Positions 13,175 through 27,969 of a stretch of 64,000 nt of DNA are shown piece by piece. The notes under the pieces were generated by a model. That model was given only the letters and a program-made list of their open reading frames with translations. It did no database searches and was not told where the DNA came from. Source of the DNA: Octopus sinensis (lineage: Eukaryota); contig NC_042997.1 of the NCBI RefSeq assembly GCF_006345805.1, forward strand, positions 70,556,001 to 70,620,000. Reading direction: 5' to 3'. Each line of letters starts with the position of its first letter. Position 1 is the stretch's first letter. The position numbers were made by a program, and so were the translations under genes.

Positions 13175-13326
13175 GTTACATACATTTTACGTAAATTGGT
13201 GTATGTCTCTATGTATGGTATTTAGATGTTATTGTGGGTAACGTGTGGCATGTTTGTTCCTGTGTGAGAGTCTGCGTGAGTCTAAGTGTATTTGTGCTTG
13301 TGTGTCTATTCCATTGATGTCTTCAG

Positions 13327-13413
13327 GCAACTGCTGCTACGATAACAACCTCTTCCGCTGCAGACCGACTGAAAGCCTCCAACGAGCTCAGGATATCTAC
13401 ATTAGAAGCTAAG
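13327..13413 (+). other. Possible isolated coding exon (ATAATITTSSAADRLKASNELRISTLEAK), unverified
   Basis: tcttcag acceptor, 87 nt stop-free phase 0/0, AAG|gttgtg donor. No recognisable protein and no linked exons; could be a repeat fragment. Confidence 0.2.
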
Positions 13414-14094
13414 GTTGTGTTAATGTCTTTTTCTGTACTAGTTTTCAATCACTTTGCTTTCACTTTGTTTACACACCTTAGTGTTTATCCCTTTTGCAGA
13501 CAATTCGTTTCTCGCTTCAATTGACGGACATCTTTATTTAGATAACGTTTATTCATCTATTAGTTAATACCAGTTTTGAAGGAAACTGTTGCTTGTAAAA
13601 ATACCTTTTAATTTTTTACACAGAAATCCTGGGGTGCTGAAAGTGTGAAAGAGAAATGTATTATTCCATAAGGACAGAATCTATTGAACTGGTGAACGTA
13701 ATATTTAACCGCTATAGCATTTGTGTGTGTGCGTGTGTGTGTGTGTGCGGGTATGTGTGTGTGTTTGTGTATGTGTATTATGTATGTGTGTATGATATAT
13801 GCATATATAGCCATACATATAATCATACTTAGTCAAAATATAAAATATATCTTTATATATATATATATATGGAGAGAGAAAGAGAGATGAGTGTGAATGT
13901 ATATTTATATGTTAGTATATATGTATGTCAATGCAATGAAATAATGAATACAGAAAACAAGAAAAGAAGGAATAAAAAATGTTTGAAAGAATTTTATCAA
14001 TGAATAAAAGACAGAACAGCAGTTTGGAAGGAAATGAGCAATGGCGGTGGCTGTACAATTTGGAAATTAGTACTTGTGTGTGTGTATATATATA

Positions 14095-14225
<131 letters not shown>

Positions 14226-16192
14226 ATATAGATATAGATAGATAATGAATTTGATTTATTGCCTTTTAATATTTAGTATGGTTTTATTAAATTCTTAGTT
14301 TAAATCCTAATTACTATGGTTTTGCTGTTCATCCCCACATGATCCATTATGTGAGATTTAATTGAATTGTCGACTCTACCTCCGAACCCATTCATTTGCC
14401 AACTGTTTCACCATTCCCTGAGCACTTGCTAATGATGTCTAATCTCTCATAAGAAAAGATGAATTTTGATGACGAATTATTAGTGTGCGTTAATATTTCA
14501 CCAACGGATAGAGTGTTTAGCATAACTGAATGATAATCGAATCAGTGCCTCAGTGCCTAAATACAGCACCAAATGTAAACATTAAGGCCAACTATTTCAT
14601 ATATAGTTAATCACGAAAATAAAAGAAAAAATAAACCAAATATTTACATATAACCGTACTTGAGGTTTTGAAAATATACATCATAAAGCATATAAATTAT
14701 TAAGCACCATAAGAAATATTAGCTCACTCTTCACAAATACTTCAGATACCAACCAGTCCGACTTGCCTTTCATCTATTCTAATACATTATTGTGAGATTC
14801 AAATGGACTGATGGCTATACCACAAGTCGTATATAGTCGCTCACTATATCAGCACACATCGAATGTGTGTCAATGCTGTTTAGATCGCACTTGAAAGGAT
14901 ATAGCTGATTTAGCAGGTAGAAACTCATCGGAATGCAAGAGCACATTCTATATTCTTGTTTCGCATGATATATTCCTTTTTCCTCGATGTTCTTCCTTTA
15001 CCCCGGCAAAACACAGTTCCATCATTCTCTTGTCACTTACTCCATTGCACTGTTGTAGAGTGTACTAATATAGGTATCTTTCACTCATACATAACTGCAT
15101 ATAGTGCATAATCCTGGTCCTGGCCCTAACTTTAAACCTAATTCTAGCCAAAGCCTAACCTTAATGCCAACTCGGGCACTTCACCTAGTCCTAACTCTAA
15201 TCCTAACACTAACACTAGCCTTGATCCTAATCGTAACCCCAGTATTAACTCTTATCAAGTAATTCAGGTACCAACCAGTGTGACTTAGCCTTTCATTTGT
15301 TTTAATTCTATAGTGAGAAATTCAGTATAAATGTCTTATATGGTTGCCCACTCCATCAGCAATCGTTCAATGAGTGCCAAAGCTGTTTACATCGCAACCT
15401 CAAATGAGGTATTGGATTGTGACAGGTACAAGCTAATCGGAAGGGAAGAACAACTTCTATGTACTTATTTCGCTCGATATCATCTAGCATTTCATAAATT
15501 GTGTCACTGTTATACCTTAGCAAGACACTGCTTAAGAATTCCACCAGTCTCGTTATTTCTTCCATACAGATTTCCATTAGACTGTGCCAGCGTAGAGTGT
15601 GCTAATATAGTATTCATTCGCTTAAACAGTATCGTACTGATTGCAAAACCATATCACATCGACTTTTCTGTTTTGTCCTTCTCTGGGTAAGGGGAAAATA
15701 AACGCCACAGATAAGTTGATCTCGGTTTAATAATACATTGATTACTAGAGCAACTGAACAATTTGTGCCAAAAGATTCTTAAGACGATGGAATATATAGT
15801 CTCATGCACTGTTTTTGAACTAAATGCATCCACAGACTGACTTAGATAACCTAGTTGAAGTCCTCTTCGTATTCTAGAGTTCAAAAGTGAATTTGAGTTT
15901 CCGCTTATATAAAATCATCCTCTGATAGTTACGCATGATATTATTATGATAAACTTGAGAACCGGATTGTCGTTCATCTAAATTAGCAATAATCCTTGGT
16001 GTAAGCTAATTCAATACCCAGAATCAATCCCAGGGAAGGAAAATGTCAATATGAAGTCTAGTTTTCCTCTTTCTAACTGAAAATATTGGTTTTCCTGCTT
16101 ATACTATATAGCATCACTACAATTATTAATACTTGACTTTCACTTGTAAACAAATAAACATAATTAAAAGAAACAATTTGGAGCCAAGTTCA

Positions 16193-16678
16193 TCTATATA
16201 TATAAAACTCAACTTGTGTGTCCGTGTGTGTATCTGTGTGTGTGTCTGTGTGTTTAATTCCCGGCACATCTCTTCCTAGCCAACAAATCGTAGAACCACC
16301 AAAAATGGGTCACTTAAAGTTTAGGCAAAGGAAAATTGAACTGCGCTATTTCTGTTCCGAAATTCATCTCGCAAGTGCAAAAATCGATAATGTGTTTGTT
16401 TAGGCCTTATCCCATCCATTGAATAGTGAACTTTACTCAGTCAGCTGTTTGACGTGAACTGTGTTCACCACGCGTGCAAGCATGCGTAAATTGCATGAAA
16501 AATAAAAAATCAAGATATAAAAACGAATCGCCATAAACATTGTAGAAATTCGGCAGAGAAATGAATTTTCGGTATATATATCGTTTGGTCTTTGTGAACA
16601 CGTACCAATTGTTTTCATAATATTTTTAATACTTTGAATTAAATGTGACCATTTTGTAAAGCCGGGCAATACTGCTAG
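16193..16678 (+). mobile_element. Non-autonomous Helitron/HINE-like element
   Basis: Starts a|TCtatatatataaaac followed by a (TGTC/TG)n tract and ends ...gccgggcaatactgCTAG|t (A^T target). Short subterminal inverted motif cccggc/gccggg. Confidence 0.6.
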
Positions 16679-18360
16679 TTGACAATAAAAACTATACCAA
16701 AAGTGATCTTGTGCTGGTTAATTAGAAATGTGGTGCGTGGGATAAGTGATGATCCATAAATTACAGTAATTGAACATCTAGGTAAGACTTCAAAATTTGT
16801 ATACATATATACGTATGTATGTATGCATGTATGTATGTATGTATGTATGTATGTATGTATGTATGTACAGGCGCTCCCGTGTTATGCTTGTCTAATGTTA
16901 CGTGATTTCGTGCTAACGAAGATTGTGAATATGACCACCAATTTCTAGATACGGTTATAATTTCGCTCTAGCCGTAACTCGGACAAGGTTGGAGAATATA
17001 GAATCTATCTGCGCTGTTTGAATTAGCGATTGCATTCCTTCGTTCATTACCCCAGATTCATGACCATAGGTAAGAATAGTCACGAACACTGAAATGAAGA
17101 TAGTGGCTTTGGCTTTTACACCTACCTTCCTCCCTTCTAATGACCGAATTTTGAAGCCGGCGCATTACTATACCAGCTCCTGCACATCTTGTTCTTAATT
17201 CAGCCCCATGCCTTCCATCAATCGTGAAAGCAGCCTCAAAACACTATCACCAACAACACTATCTATCATCAAAAGCAAATACAACCACATTATAAAAGCA
17301 GTAACTACTCATCACCAACAACAGTAACGTCAACAATACAATGAACAACATAACAACTCTATCTGAAATTTAAAATATCAATCACGTGAGTTGCTGTGGT
17401 ACTCTATTTTAAATTTTGAATGAAGTGTCTTTGATCTTAAGTCAATAAAAATTGACTTGAAACTGAATAGCAATACCACTTCAGTAACAAGAACCTTTTG
17501 AACATCGCTACTGCAAAAAGTAGCCCACAACCGTCACCATCATCACCATCAAGAAAACCAATACAACGAACACAGGCACCGCTACAATTTGAAGAAGTCA
17601 TTGAGGATAATGCGTGTGAGTTGTTAGTGCCTCAGAGTCAATGTAACGAGGATCTAATGAGAGAACAAAGACAATCTGAGAATGCCCATGTGAATACAAG
17701 ACTTCCAGAGACAACACTTAAGTTGACTGCAAAGAATATTGCGAAAAGTCTTGGCACATATATATTGGGGTTGTTATTAGGAATTCGAATGTAACTTAAA
17801 AATTACAAAGACATAAAACTACTATAACTTCAGTTTCTTTACTGAGCTGCACAAAAGGAATATGCGTCATAAATAACAAATTTTTGATAAATTCTTCATT
17901 TCTCAAGTAGATGTTCATGACGACGTCCATAATATAGAAGATAGTATCCCTCATCCTCCCAATAACCCTCATTCCTTCTCCACCCCTCAGATAATAATCA
18001 ACATATATTTTCTTGTAACATACTACAATATTGCGACTCTTATGTATCCCCTGACGTATTTCACTTCAATTCTTCTCACGTGTACAAAGTATAATATCTA
18101 TATTTATTTTACTTCTTGACAGCTGCCATGCTGGGGCATCACTGTGATGAAGCTTATAACCACATAGGCAAAATTATACATATATATATATATAACAAGG
18201 GCACTAACAAGCACCAGCTTTGCGAAAAGTAGAAGTCAAAAATACTCCGAAATCACAAGAATTAACACAAGATTTTTACAGGCAAGAAAACCTGGTATTA
18301 TTTCGAATTTAGTGTCAAAAGCACTTGAGTCTCTTCAGCTACGTCTACTAATAACAATAT

Positions 18361-18451
<91 letters not shown>

Positions 18452-18639
18452 CATATATATACATGCATACACACACACATACGTATATATATATATATAC
18501 ATACATACATATATATATATGTGTGTGTGTGTGAGTGTGTGTGTGTTTCTGTGTGTATGTATGTATGTATGTATGTATGTATGTATCTACGCATGGATGT
18601 ATGTAGGCATGTATATGGCGAGTTATTTTTTTGAAATTT

Positions 18640-18790
18640 TTTTGAAATTTCCGTCCTCCAAATCCACTCGCAAAGCTTTGAGTACCTCGAGCGTTTAGGA
18701 CTACAGCAGAAGAAACTTGTTCAAGGTGTCACGCAGTGGGAGTGAATCTGAAACCACGTGGCTGAAAAGCAAATTTTTTACCACACATGA
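18640..18790 (-). mobile_element. Decayed CORE-like SINE head
   Basis: aaatccactcgcaaagctttg...gaagaaacttgttcaaggtgtcacgcagtgggagtgaatctgaaaccacgtgg is the reverse complement of the SINE head at 965-1120. Confidence 0.6.
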
Positions 18791-19163
18791 AACTGATTTA
18801 GTTGCTTATTTGTTTTCTGATTTTTTTCTCGAAATACCAGAATGTATTATTGTTTTATATCAAGAACATCAATGGGGAAATGTCGCGTTATCGAATTTCT
18901 AGTTACTGCAAGTTTTCAGGGATGCATTACTTGCATAAGGTGCTGTTTCCCATATATGTCTATGTGTGTGTGTGTGTGGATTCAAATATATACATATTTA
19001 CCTCATTTTTTATCTTTAAATTTTACTTGTTTCAGTCATTAGACTATGAGCATGCTGGGGTACCTTGAAGTTAAAAAAGTAAAATAGAACGCTTCATGAA
19101 TTTGCGTGTCACCATTTATATATATATATATGTATGTGTGTGAGTGTGTATGTGTATGTATGC

Positions 19164-20031
19164 TGGGTCATCCTATAAATAATGCGGTTTTATATATTTC
19201 TTTTACTTTTCAAAATTAAGATAAACAAACTTCATTTTTTAAATCTAAAATATACTCTCCTTCATATTATACAATTCTCTTCCAGAATACACTTGTCCGT
19301 GGTGAAAAATATCCTCCAGTACTGTTCTGACTTCCTCCACAGAATTCATACTTATTTCCGTCCAAATTATTTCGAAGGCTGTAAAATAAATGATCATCAT
19401 ATGGGTTAATGTCCGGCGAATATGGTGGGAGGGACATCGCTTCCCATTCAAACTGCTCCATCCTTTGGAATGTCAACCTCGCTGTATGTAGCCGAGCATT
19501 ATCCTGATGGAAGAACAACTTTCGTCTTGAAACCAACGATGGTCTTTTTCCGATAGCACACCAGTGTCGATGAATGGTTGAATGGCCAAATCCAAGTTTC
19601 TGTGCTAGTTCCTCAATAATCACAAAGGAGTTTTGCTCCACCAGGGATTGCAGCACGTCCCCGTCGAGCTCAACAGATCTTCCAAGAGGAGGCTAATCTT
19701 CTAGGCTGTAGTTTACGGCTCAGAATTTCTGGAATCACCATTGACACTGGTTTATGCTTGTTGTCCGATCCCCATATATTGCATTTATATTCCTCGCACT
19801 TGTTGCCTTTACTGAACTTATAAAGCAAAATATGCCGAATATGCTTCTTTGTTACTCCCATTATAGCTTTAAAAAAAGAACTGTTAAAATCGAACTGCAC
19901 TCTTCAAAACTTGCACTAAGTTAAAATTGCTACCTGATTCTATAGTAAGTAGATGCAGGTAGTTTATCTCGTCCCCCTCTGACTTCAAGTTCATGCAATT
20001 GAAAAAATTGCATTATTTATGGAAAGACCCC
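19164..20031 (-). mobile_element. Mariner element with internal deletion (transposase pseudogene)
   Basis: TIRs tgggtcatcctataaataatgcggtttt / aaaaaattgcattatttatggaaagaccc. Peptides MGVTKKHIRHILLYKFSKGN, IEELAQKLGFGHSTIHRH, FHQDNARLH and PPYSPDINPYDDHLF; the first catalytic Asp region is deleted (AIGK joined to RPSLVSRR). Confidence 0.9.
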
Positions 20032-20805
20032 ATATATATATTGTATTATATTATAGTATGTTACATAATATAATATATATATATATATCTGTATGTATAT
20101 ACATATATATACATATGTATATATGTAGGTATGTACACAAACGCATACATACATACGTACATACATACATACATACATACATACATACATACATACATAC
20201 ATAATACATACATACATACATACATACATATATGTGTGAGTGTGGATTTTGGAATGTATGTTTCATTTTGCACGTGTGTGGGTGTTTTTGCGTGGTTATG
20301 TGAGTAACTGTCTATTTATTTAATATCTCGCCACAGAGCTAGAGAGATGTAACCTGTGAAGAAGGAACGCGTCAGGGTGGTAAGCATTACAAGGTTTGTT
20401 TATCTCTGCAGAGATTCGCGTCTGCATGCAAACAAGCAGATTAGATGCGCATGTGCAAGTACATGTTCCTGGTATGAGAGGACAACATTTGGCAATCATA
20501 AGAAAACGCCTCCAAAGATACTAGGAAATACAGAGGAAGGGAAAGACACAGAAAAATATAAACGTACAATTTTAAAAACAAAATATAGTCACCCCTGCAA
20601 AACGTCATACAGATGTATTGTACAAACACACAATATACATCCATACACACATTTACGAACACGCAGGCATACACACACGCATTTCTCTATAGGCATAAAC
20701 ATATATGTCTATGTGTGTGTGTATGCATGCATATATAAAAATGTATATACATTATCTATATACAAACATATGCATACATATATATATATATCAATAAATA
20801 TACAC

Positions 20806-20871
<66 letters not shown>

Positions 20872-22371
20872 ATGAGTGTGTGTGTGAGTGTGTTTGTATG
20901 TTTGTATTATATGCATGTATGTATACAAACAAACACTTAATTGTGTTTGAACATTCCTTTGTCGATATGAGGTGCATGTTTTTGATTTGGATCACGTGGG
21001 TGTGAGTGAACATAAGTCAGAAATTACCACGATATAATATATACCTGTGTGTGTGTATGTGTGTTTTTATGTGTATGTGCACATGCTTGTGTGTATGTGT
21101 CATTGCGTATAAGTGTGCAAGTGCGTATGCATGTGTATTACAAATCATTTAAAAATAAATTGGAGACAAAGAACATATCAAGGAAGAGACAGACTAGCAC
21201 ATTTGTTTGTTTATGGTGATTCTCTTTTCCGTACATGCATGTTTAATTAACTTACTTCTTGATGTTGTTATTTTTCCATTTCCTTCCCATCACTTCTCTT
21301 TATGGACACACATACATACTCACACATAATTTCACGTACACAGACACACACACAAACACGCATTCACATATGCGCGCTTGCACGCGCACATACACAAACA
21401 AACACAAGCGAGACATACACGAATTAGAAGAGAAAAAAAAGAAAAGAAAAGAAAAAGACCTAAAATGAATACATCCAGATGTCAGTATCTGAAATTTATT
21501 GCCAATTCAGAAGATCGGTCTAGCCTGCCTGTGTAATTTTTTAAATTCAAATCACGCTGGGTTAATCGTATTCTTTCATCTTTTTCAGATCAATAACTAT
21601 CTTCCTCCCGAGTCATGTTGTCATTTATCTTATTGGAAATAACTGTCAAATCTTCATCAAAGACAAACAGGATAACGTACTTCTATATAAGTTATACTTG
21701 AAAAATAATATTTTAAGATTATAGTTGTTACATCTTTGGTTATATATGTAATAAACAGGGACGGCAGTGACATTGCATAAGCGAACCCTTGTTCAGGTTA
21801 ACACTCAATCGAATTTAACATTATCAAACAACTGCTTAATATATAGAAGTGAATCTATTAGTTAAAAATGATATAATTCAATGTAATCAACATATTGGTC
21901 GAAAGTATTAATCTTATAATTGAAAATGTTCCAAATGACAGTAGCATACCAGATACATTGAAACACTGGGAAAATGCCGTACAATATTTGTTTCAGCTAT
22001 TTACGTACTAATTTCATTTGCCACAGATGTTGACCTTCATCCTTTCCGATTCCATTTATATCCAAAGGTATATACGATTCCATCGATTAACCCTTCATCC
22101 CACTTTCGTGACAACATGCTTCATTGCGAACTTCAGAGCTCAGAGCTTCCTCAGTCTTTCTCCTTTCCTTTCATTCCTCTTTTTCAATTTGCGAAAGAAC
22201 TAACGTTTGAGACGGTAAGACAATCCATACTCATTTCATGTACTCTTCTAAGCGATAAACCAATACTGTATATTCCATCCTTTAATCTTTCTAATGGGCT
22301 CTTTTAGTTTTAGGAGATTTGAGTTTACATTAAACTTATACATGTATATTTAGATATAACACACACACATG

Positions 22372-22418
<47 letters not shown>

Positions 22419-22611
22419 TTGTATACATAGTTAGATAAATAGAAATATAGGCATATTATAGATATGCATGTCTGTTCGTGCATTTATTATTTTACGTTGC
22501 CGTATGCATGTCGGAATGTTCATATGTATATATTCGTATACACTGGCATACATTATCTATCTATCTATTTATCTATCTTTCGGTCTTTCTGTCTCTTTTC
22601 ATTTCTATATA

Positions 22612-22685
<74 letters not shown>

Positions 22686-22772
22686 TAAACATATTTGGAA
22701 TGGATGCGTGGCGTTCAATCATATAATAATATAAGTAATATATACATATATATATATATATATATTTATATA

Positions 22773-22814
<42 letters not shown>

Positions 22815-22851
22815 ATATATTGAATATATAACAGACATATATGTACATGCT

Positions 22852-22899
<48 letters not shown>

Positions 22900-22904
22900 A
22901 TGTC

Positions 22905-23150
22905 TATATGGATACAGGACGTCATTAAACGTAAACAACACGAAATAAGAGAACATTTCGAGAAATGTGGAGTAGATGAAGAACACCCGACAACAGATGA
23001 AGGGTTGTTCTTTATATTACATGTCTTGTTTTCCATTTGATTCTTTCGTTGTTCGCAAAAAAATTTCGTATTCCATGTTTTCGTATTTCGTATTTCGTAT
23101 TTTATGTTGTTTACGTTTTATAACATCCTGTACCCATATATGCATGCATG
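22905..23150. mobile_element. Short foldback element in (TA)n
   Basis: Arms ggatacaggacgtcattaaacgtaaacaaca / tgttgtttacgttttataacatcctgtaccc are imperfect inverted repeats; the terminus is shared with the 29800/49250/60655 family. Confidence 0.6.
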
Positions 23151-23216
23151 TATATACATATGTATGTAAATATGTACATATATGTATGTATATATCCATA
23201 TAAATATAATATATAT

Positions 23217-23297
<81 letters not shown>

Positions 23298-23339
23298 TGA
23301 ATGTATAAGAATTTTTTGCGTGCGCGCGTTTATAAACAA

Positions 23340-23553
23340 CAGTTTCAGTCATTGGACTACAGCCATGCTGGTTCACTACCCTGAAGTATTTACAACAAAT
23401 TGCCCTCGGTCTTTACTTCTTTCTAAAGCCTGGTATTTATACATTTGTTCTTTTTATGTCAAACCGTTAAGTTACGCGAACGTAACCAGCCCATCGCCGC
23501 TTAGCGAGCGATGGCGCAGGACAAATACAAACACACACACACAAACACACACA

Positions 23554-23594
<41 letters not shown>

Positions 23595-23720
23595 GGGCTT
23601 CTTTCAGTTTCTGCCAACCAGGACTTTGGGCAGCCCGAGGGTTTAGTAGAAGACACTTGCTCAAGATGTCGCAAAGTAGCACTGAACCTTGAACCATATG
23701 ATTGGGAAACATGCTTTTTT
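23340..23720 (-). mobile_element. CORE-like SINE
   Basis: gggcttctttcagtttc...gaagacacttgctcaag...gaaccatatgattggg plus the 3' module tttcagtcatt...cagccatgctgg. Confidence 0.7.
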
Positions 23721-24813
23721 ATCACCAGTCATTCCTGCGCCCATCACAGCCATGTCTCTCTACATATGTGTGTGCGCTTGTGCGTGTGTGTGTTTCTGTT
23801 TGGGTTTGTATACGCACGCACACACGCACATATGTATACATACACTCACATGTATATGTAAATATATGGGTTTATAAAAACATACGGCTTGTATTAATAG
23901 TCCCGCGATTTTATTATTAATTCAATCATACTGATTTTTGCCATGGACCGGTTGCATTTGGGATTTATACTTCAATCAGAAAATCTCTCTGAAAGGAAGG
24001 AGAAACACGATGGGTAAGTTCCGCGCGCTTGCAAATGCATTATGAATCGCATTAATGCTTTCTGGGCACCATTGTACAATTGATTATTATCAGAATAAAA
24101 ACACTATTGATATAATTGTCGCAAATTTCTCTTAGTGCTTTAACACTGCCAACACACATTGATACATGCATGTAGTTGAAATTTCTAGAATATAGAAGTA
24201 TGTGCAAAAAACACGCAATGACCCAACAACAGTAGCACATGCTACATAATTCCAATCTACGTGGATACGAAAACGCATAGGTATACATTTCGCTTACAAA
24301 CTCACACACTCATATAAAACACACATGGATATTTATATGTATACATACATACATACATACACGTTTCCATACACACATAGTGTCTGAGTGCTTTTGCGAT
24401 GGAAACGTACTTGCAGAGAACTTATGTGCATGTACAGGATCTTATAATTGCATCTGTTAACCATCTCAGTGCATAATAGATGAAAGCTAATAGATACAAA
24501 AGGTCGTTTGTATTTACATATAAGCATTCACTCCTGAATAGCTGGATACACAACACATGTGAAAGGACTCCGCTATGTAAGCGTGACTTAGGAAACCACG
24601 CCTTTTGTGAAAGAGTAGTGAGACAGATAATAAAATTGAATGAGTCTATTGCTGCACCTGTATGTTTGTGTGTGTTTATTTTTATTTACTTTTCAAGAAT
24701 GGGCACTTACTAATCAACTTGTGTACACAATGATCATAGATAGCATCCGCGCTTAGTGACAAATACACACACACACATACTTGCATATACGTTTTCAGAT
24801 ATATTTCTTCCTT

Positions 24814-24855
<42 letters not shown>

Positions 24856-24879
24856 ATGAATACATATGTGTGTGTATGT

Positions 24880-25092
24880 AGGTATATCCTTTCTACAAGG
24901 TCACGAATTTATGAGGAGGGGGATAGTCAATTACATCGACCCTAGTGCGTAACTGGTACTTATTTAATCGACCCCGAAAGGATGAAAGGCAAAGTCGACA
25001 TCGGCGGAATTTGAACTCAGAACGTAACTGCAGATGCAATACTGCTAAGCATTTCACCCGACGTGCTAACGATTCTGCCAACTCACCGCTTA
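24880..25092 (-). mobile_element. tRNA-derived SINE, second family (central gcctttcatcctttcggggtcgat domain)
   Basis: The reverse complement shows A-box-like tggcagaatcgttag and B-box-like gagttcaaattcc, then cctttcatcctttcggggtcgattaaataagtaccag. Confidence 0.75.
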
Positions 25093-25606
25093 AACCTTTT
25101 ATAAATTAGTTGAATTAAGTATAGATTTCCATAGTACCATTTGTTCTTGTGTGATTTGTATTGAATTTTGGAAAAAAAACGTATATTTTCAGTTCATTAA
25201 CAGATGATGTGAAATCGTTAATAGTAGTTGCAAATATCTTCCCAAATTTGAACAGTTGTATATTTTCATATTCGAAAAATGTTACATCAAAATAATCTGC
25301 ATATTGGCCTTTGTAAGAATTCGACTGTTCCTTGTTTTTTTTTTTTTTTTATCATGTTAAATTTTCAATGCCTCCTCAAATGTTACGATTTCAATCAGCT
25401 TCAAATTGATCAACCCTTGTCCTATTTGGAGCGTTAGCGGAGTCTGACAATAAACTAACATCTGCTGAAACTAATCTATTTTATAAACCCAGATGTTAGA
25501 AAATAGGTATATAATTGGTAATTTAATGATAAAATAGGTTACGTGACAAAATGAATACACAATTTAATACTTACTTTATATCATATGCCAGCTAATTGTC
25601 AATTTC

Positions 25607-26640
25607 CTACATATGCACATCATATTCATTCACTACTTCCTTTTTGAAGTTGAATCTACTCGTATATCTACGATGACAAGTCTCATCCACTACATCTTTA
25701 ATAAGTTTAGCTTTCGGCTCCCAAGAAATGCATGACGTTCCCATTCTTGTCGCTTGTTTTGTGAGTAGACGATCGGTGATCGTTTCGGCCTTCAACCTAT
25801 TAGTGAACTTTGTCTTTGTGCAATTTATTTGGGGAAATATGCGCTCCACGCACGCTGATGAATGAGGTAACAACGTTAAGTTAGTCATGAGTTGTGACAG
25901 CCTTTCAAATTTAGAGAAATCAAGCCAGTTTTGGAGATTGCGTATGGAATACCGGAATTCAGGGATACTTTTTGAGGAAACAGGAATATCTTTATATTTC
26001 CGAAATAATCTGCATTCAGCGTCTAGTTCATCAAGTGTGTTTTCTGGTGCAATTGCTGGAAAGTTTGAAGCCAAGGGAATTATCGAGTGAAGAGAGTTAG
26101 TGAGATCGCGCGCTACTTTTGGATCAAGTATTTCTAAGAGGGCCAACACACCAGCTTCATCATTTTTAAGTGAGCGCATAATTTTATTAAAAAAAGTTTT
26201 GCTATCAGTTTTGAATCACCAACAAGCTGAGTCACCAGCGATGAGGTTTTGTTCTAGATATCTCATTGCGCGTCCATCGAGGTAAATATCACTCATATCT
26301 TTGTGATTTGTTGTGTTACTAAGATCGATATTTGATAATTTAGATAAAGCTAAAACATCCTCTTTTATAAAACAACTAAGGATACTTTTATATTCACTGG
26401 GTAAGAGTGTATGCAACAGATGCAGTCGAAAGTGTTCCGATTGAAACTCGATATTAAGAACATTTACTTTCTTTAATATATAATGTAAGAAGAGCAGAAT
26501 GTGCTTCGTCCCTTTGTTAATCATTGCTTCAGAGATTCTTTTTGCTCCGTCCACTTTTCTACTTTAGCCTCATACTGAAAATAAAGTACAAGGGTATCTC
26601 ACTGTTCTATTATGACGTTGATTACATTTTCACCATTTTC
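25607..26640 (-). pseudogene. hAT-family transposase C-terminal fragment, disrupted
   Basis: IEQ*DTLVLYFQYEAKVEKVDGA...LLFLHYILKKVNVLNIEFQSE, then a frameshift to ...ILDP...LDELDAECR...LPHSSACVERIFPQINCTKTKFTNRLK (hAT dimerisation-domain motif). Confidence 0.85.
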
Positions 26641-27049
26641 TACTACAATTGTATCCAGAAGAGCACCCTTGACATTAAGCGATTGTTCATAAAAAAAAAA
26701 AAAAACGAAGAACTATTGCTAAGATTTGTGTCACTGAGATGTCCATACTCTAATCTCTCAATACTGAAAACTCTTGTTTCTTGAGAATTTCCAAGATTTC
26801 ATTTCGTTCATAATGTGCAAGTAAGTTTTGCATAATGTATGTTTATTTAGGTTTTTCATTTGTAGATATTTAGCTATGAATTTATCGCTAAATTCATTAT
26901 GGGGTATGATTATGAATGATATATAGAAAGTTTACCAAGTGTTGGAAGAGGTGCAACTTTGGTACATACTGCATGCAAAGAGTATGACACCGAATTCTCT
27001 TTAAAAGATAAGTTTACTGCCAAAGCTAACTCACAAACCCAGATTTAAT

Positions 27050-27530
27050 GTAAATATGGAAATTAAAACCCATAAACACAACATTGCTCCAAAAAATCCA
27101 GACGTGGGTGGAAAAACCCATCAGGGGCATCCCTGCTTCCGACAACAAAAAAACAAGAAAAGATCTCCACTTCATACACGTCTTACACGAGCGGCACTCA
27201 GCTTGTACCCTCGCCATATCTTCAAAGTTGGACCTTGCTATCACTGAGGATCTCTCCTAACAATCCTATCTTTGGCACTGCTAGGACCGACTGCGAAAGA
27301 CTGAACCTTCTCTTCAATAGCAGCTAACATGTGATGCTCAGAACGGGTATCATCACCGGGTGACATATGAAACGGTGCTGCTTCCTCTCACACAGATATC
27401 TTGGGCTGCATCCAAAGAAGAAGCATTCGACTGATTGGTATTCAATCACTAATGGATAAACTTAAGCCTTTGGTATACAGACATACTGTCTCCTTTATAG
27501 TGTCTATCAAATGATATGTTCCTTTTGTAT
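27050..27530 (+). mobile_element. Decayed CR1/Jockey-like LINE reverse-transcriptase C-terminal fragment
   Basis: ILGCIQRRSIRLIGIQSLMDKLKPLVYRHTVS resembles the conserved LD.IQ..A.RLI...L..L.HRR end of these RTs. Confidence 0.5.
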
Positions 27531-27889
27531 GTCCTCATTCAGGCAACTTCAAACCTCTGTCTTTCCACTTTAATTTACAATTATTGCGTCCATTTCCCTA
27601 CTCCACAACGTCTCTCACGAACCGCCTAAGTCAGGTCATTCCTTTCCAAAACAACTGCTCTCACAATCATCGCTCTGTTCATGTCGCTCATGCAAGTGTT
27701 TACCTGCAACAGTTTCGATGGAAAATTAACAACATAAAGCTCATGGAACTTACCTACAAAGGTAATGAGCACTGCGCCTTATTCTAGATTAAATATTTTA
27801 AAATATGACGAAATGAATATAGAATTTATTTATGAATCATCTTAGAGATAATGAAGGAGAATGATATTGAATCACACGCACACGCATAA

Positions 27890-27969
<80 letters not shown>

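Noticed and set aside
15331-15884. Overlapping 73-119 aa ORFs
   Set aside because: No motif recognised; in-frame stops; could be an old LINE relic but cannot be supported.
17484-17615. Possible exon NKNLLNIATAKSSPQPSPSSPSRKPIQRTQAPLQFEEVIEDNA with cttcag acceptor and gtgagt donor
   Set aside because: No recognisable homology and no compatible neighbouring exons; needs RNA-seq.
18295-18350. Minus-strand CUGAAGA...GAAA motif
   Set aside because: Stem I and stem III do not pair; chance match or a heavily decayed relic.
22018-22300. Possible minus-strand RTE RT relic (W..MESERMKVNI)
   Set aside because: Only one short motif resembles RT; too degenerate to call.
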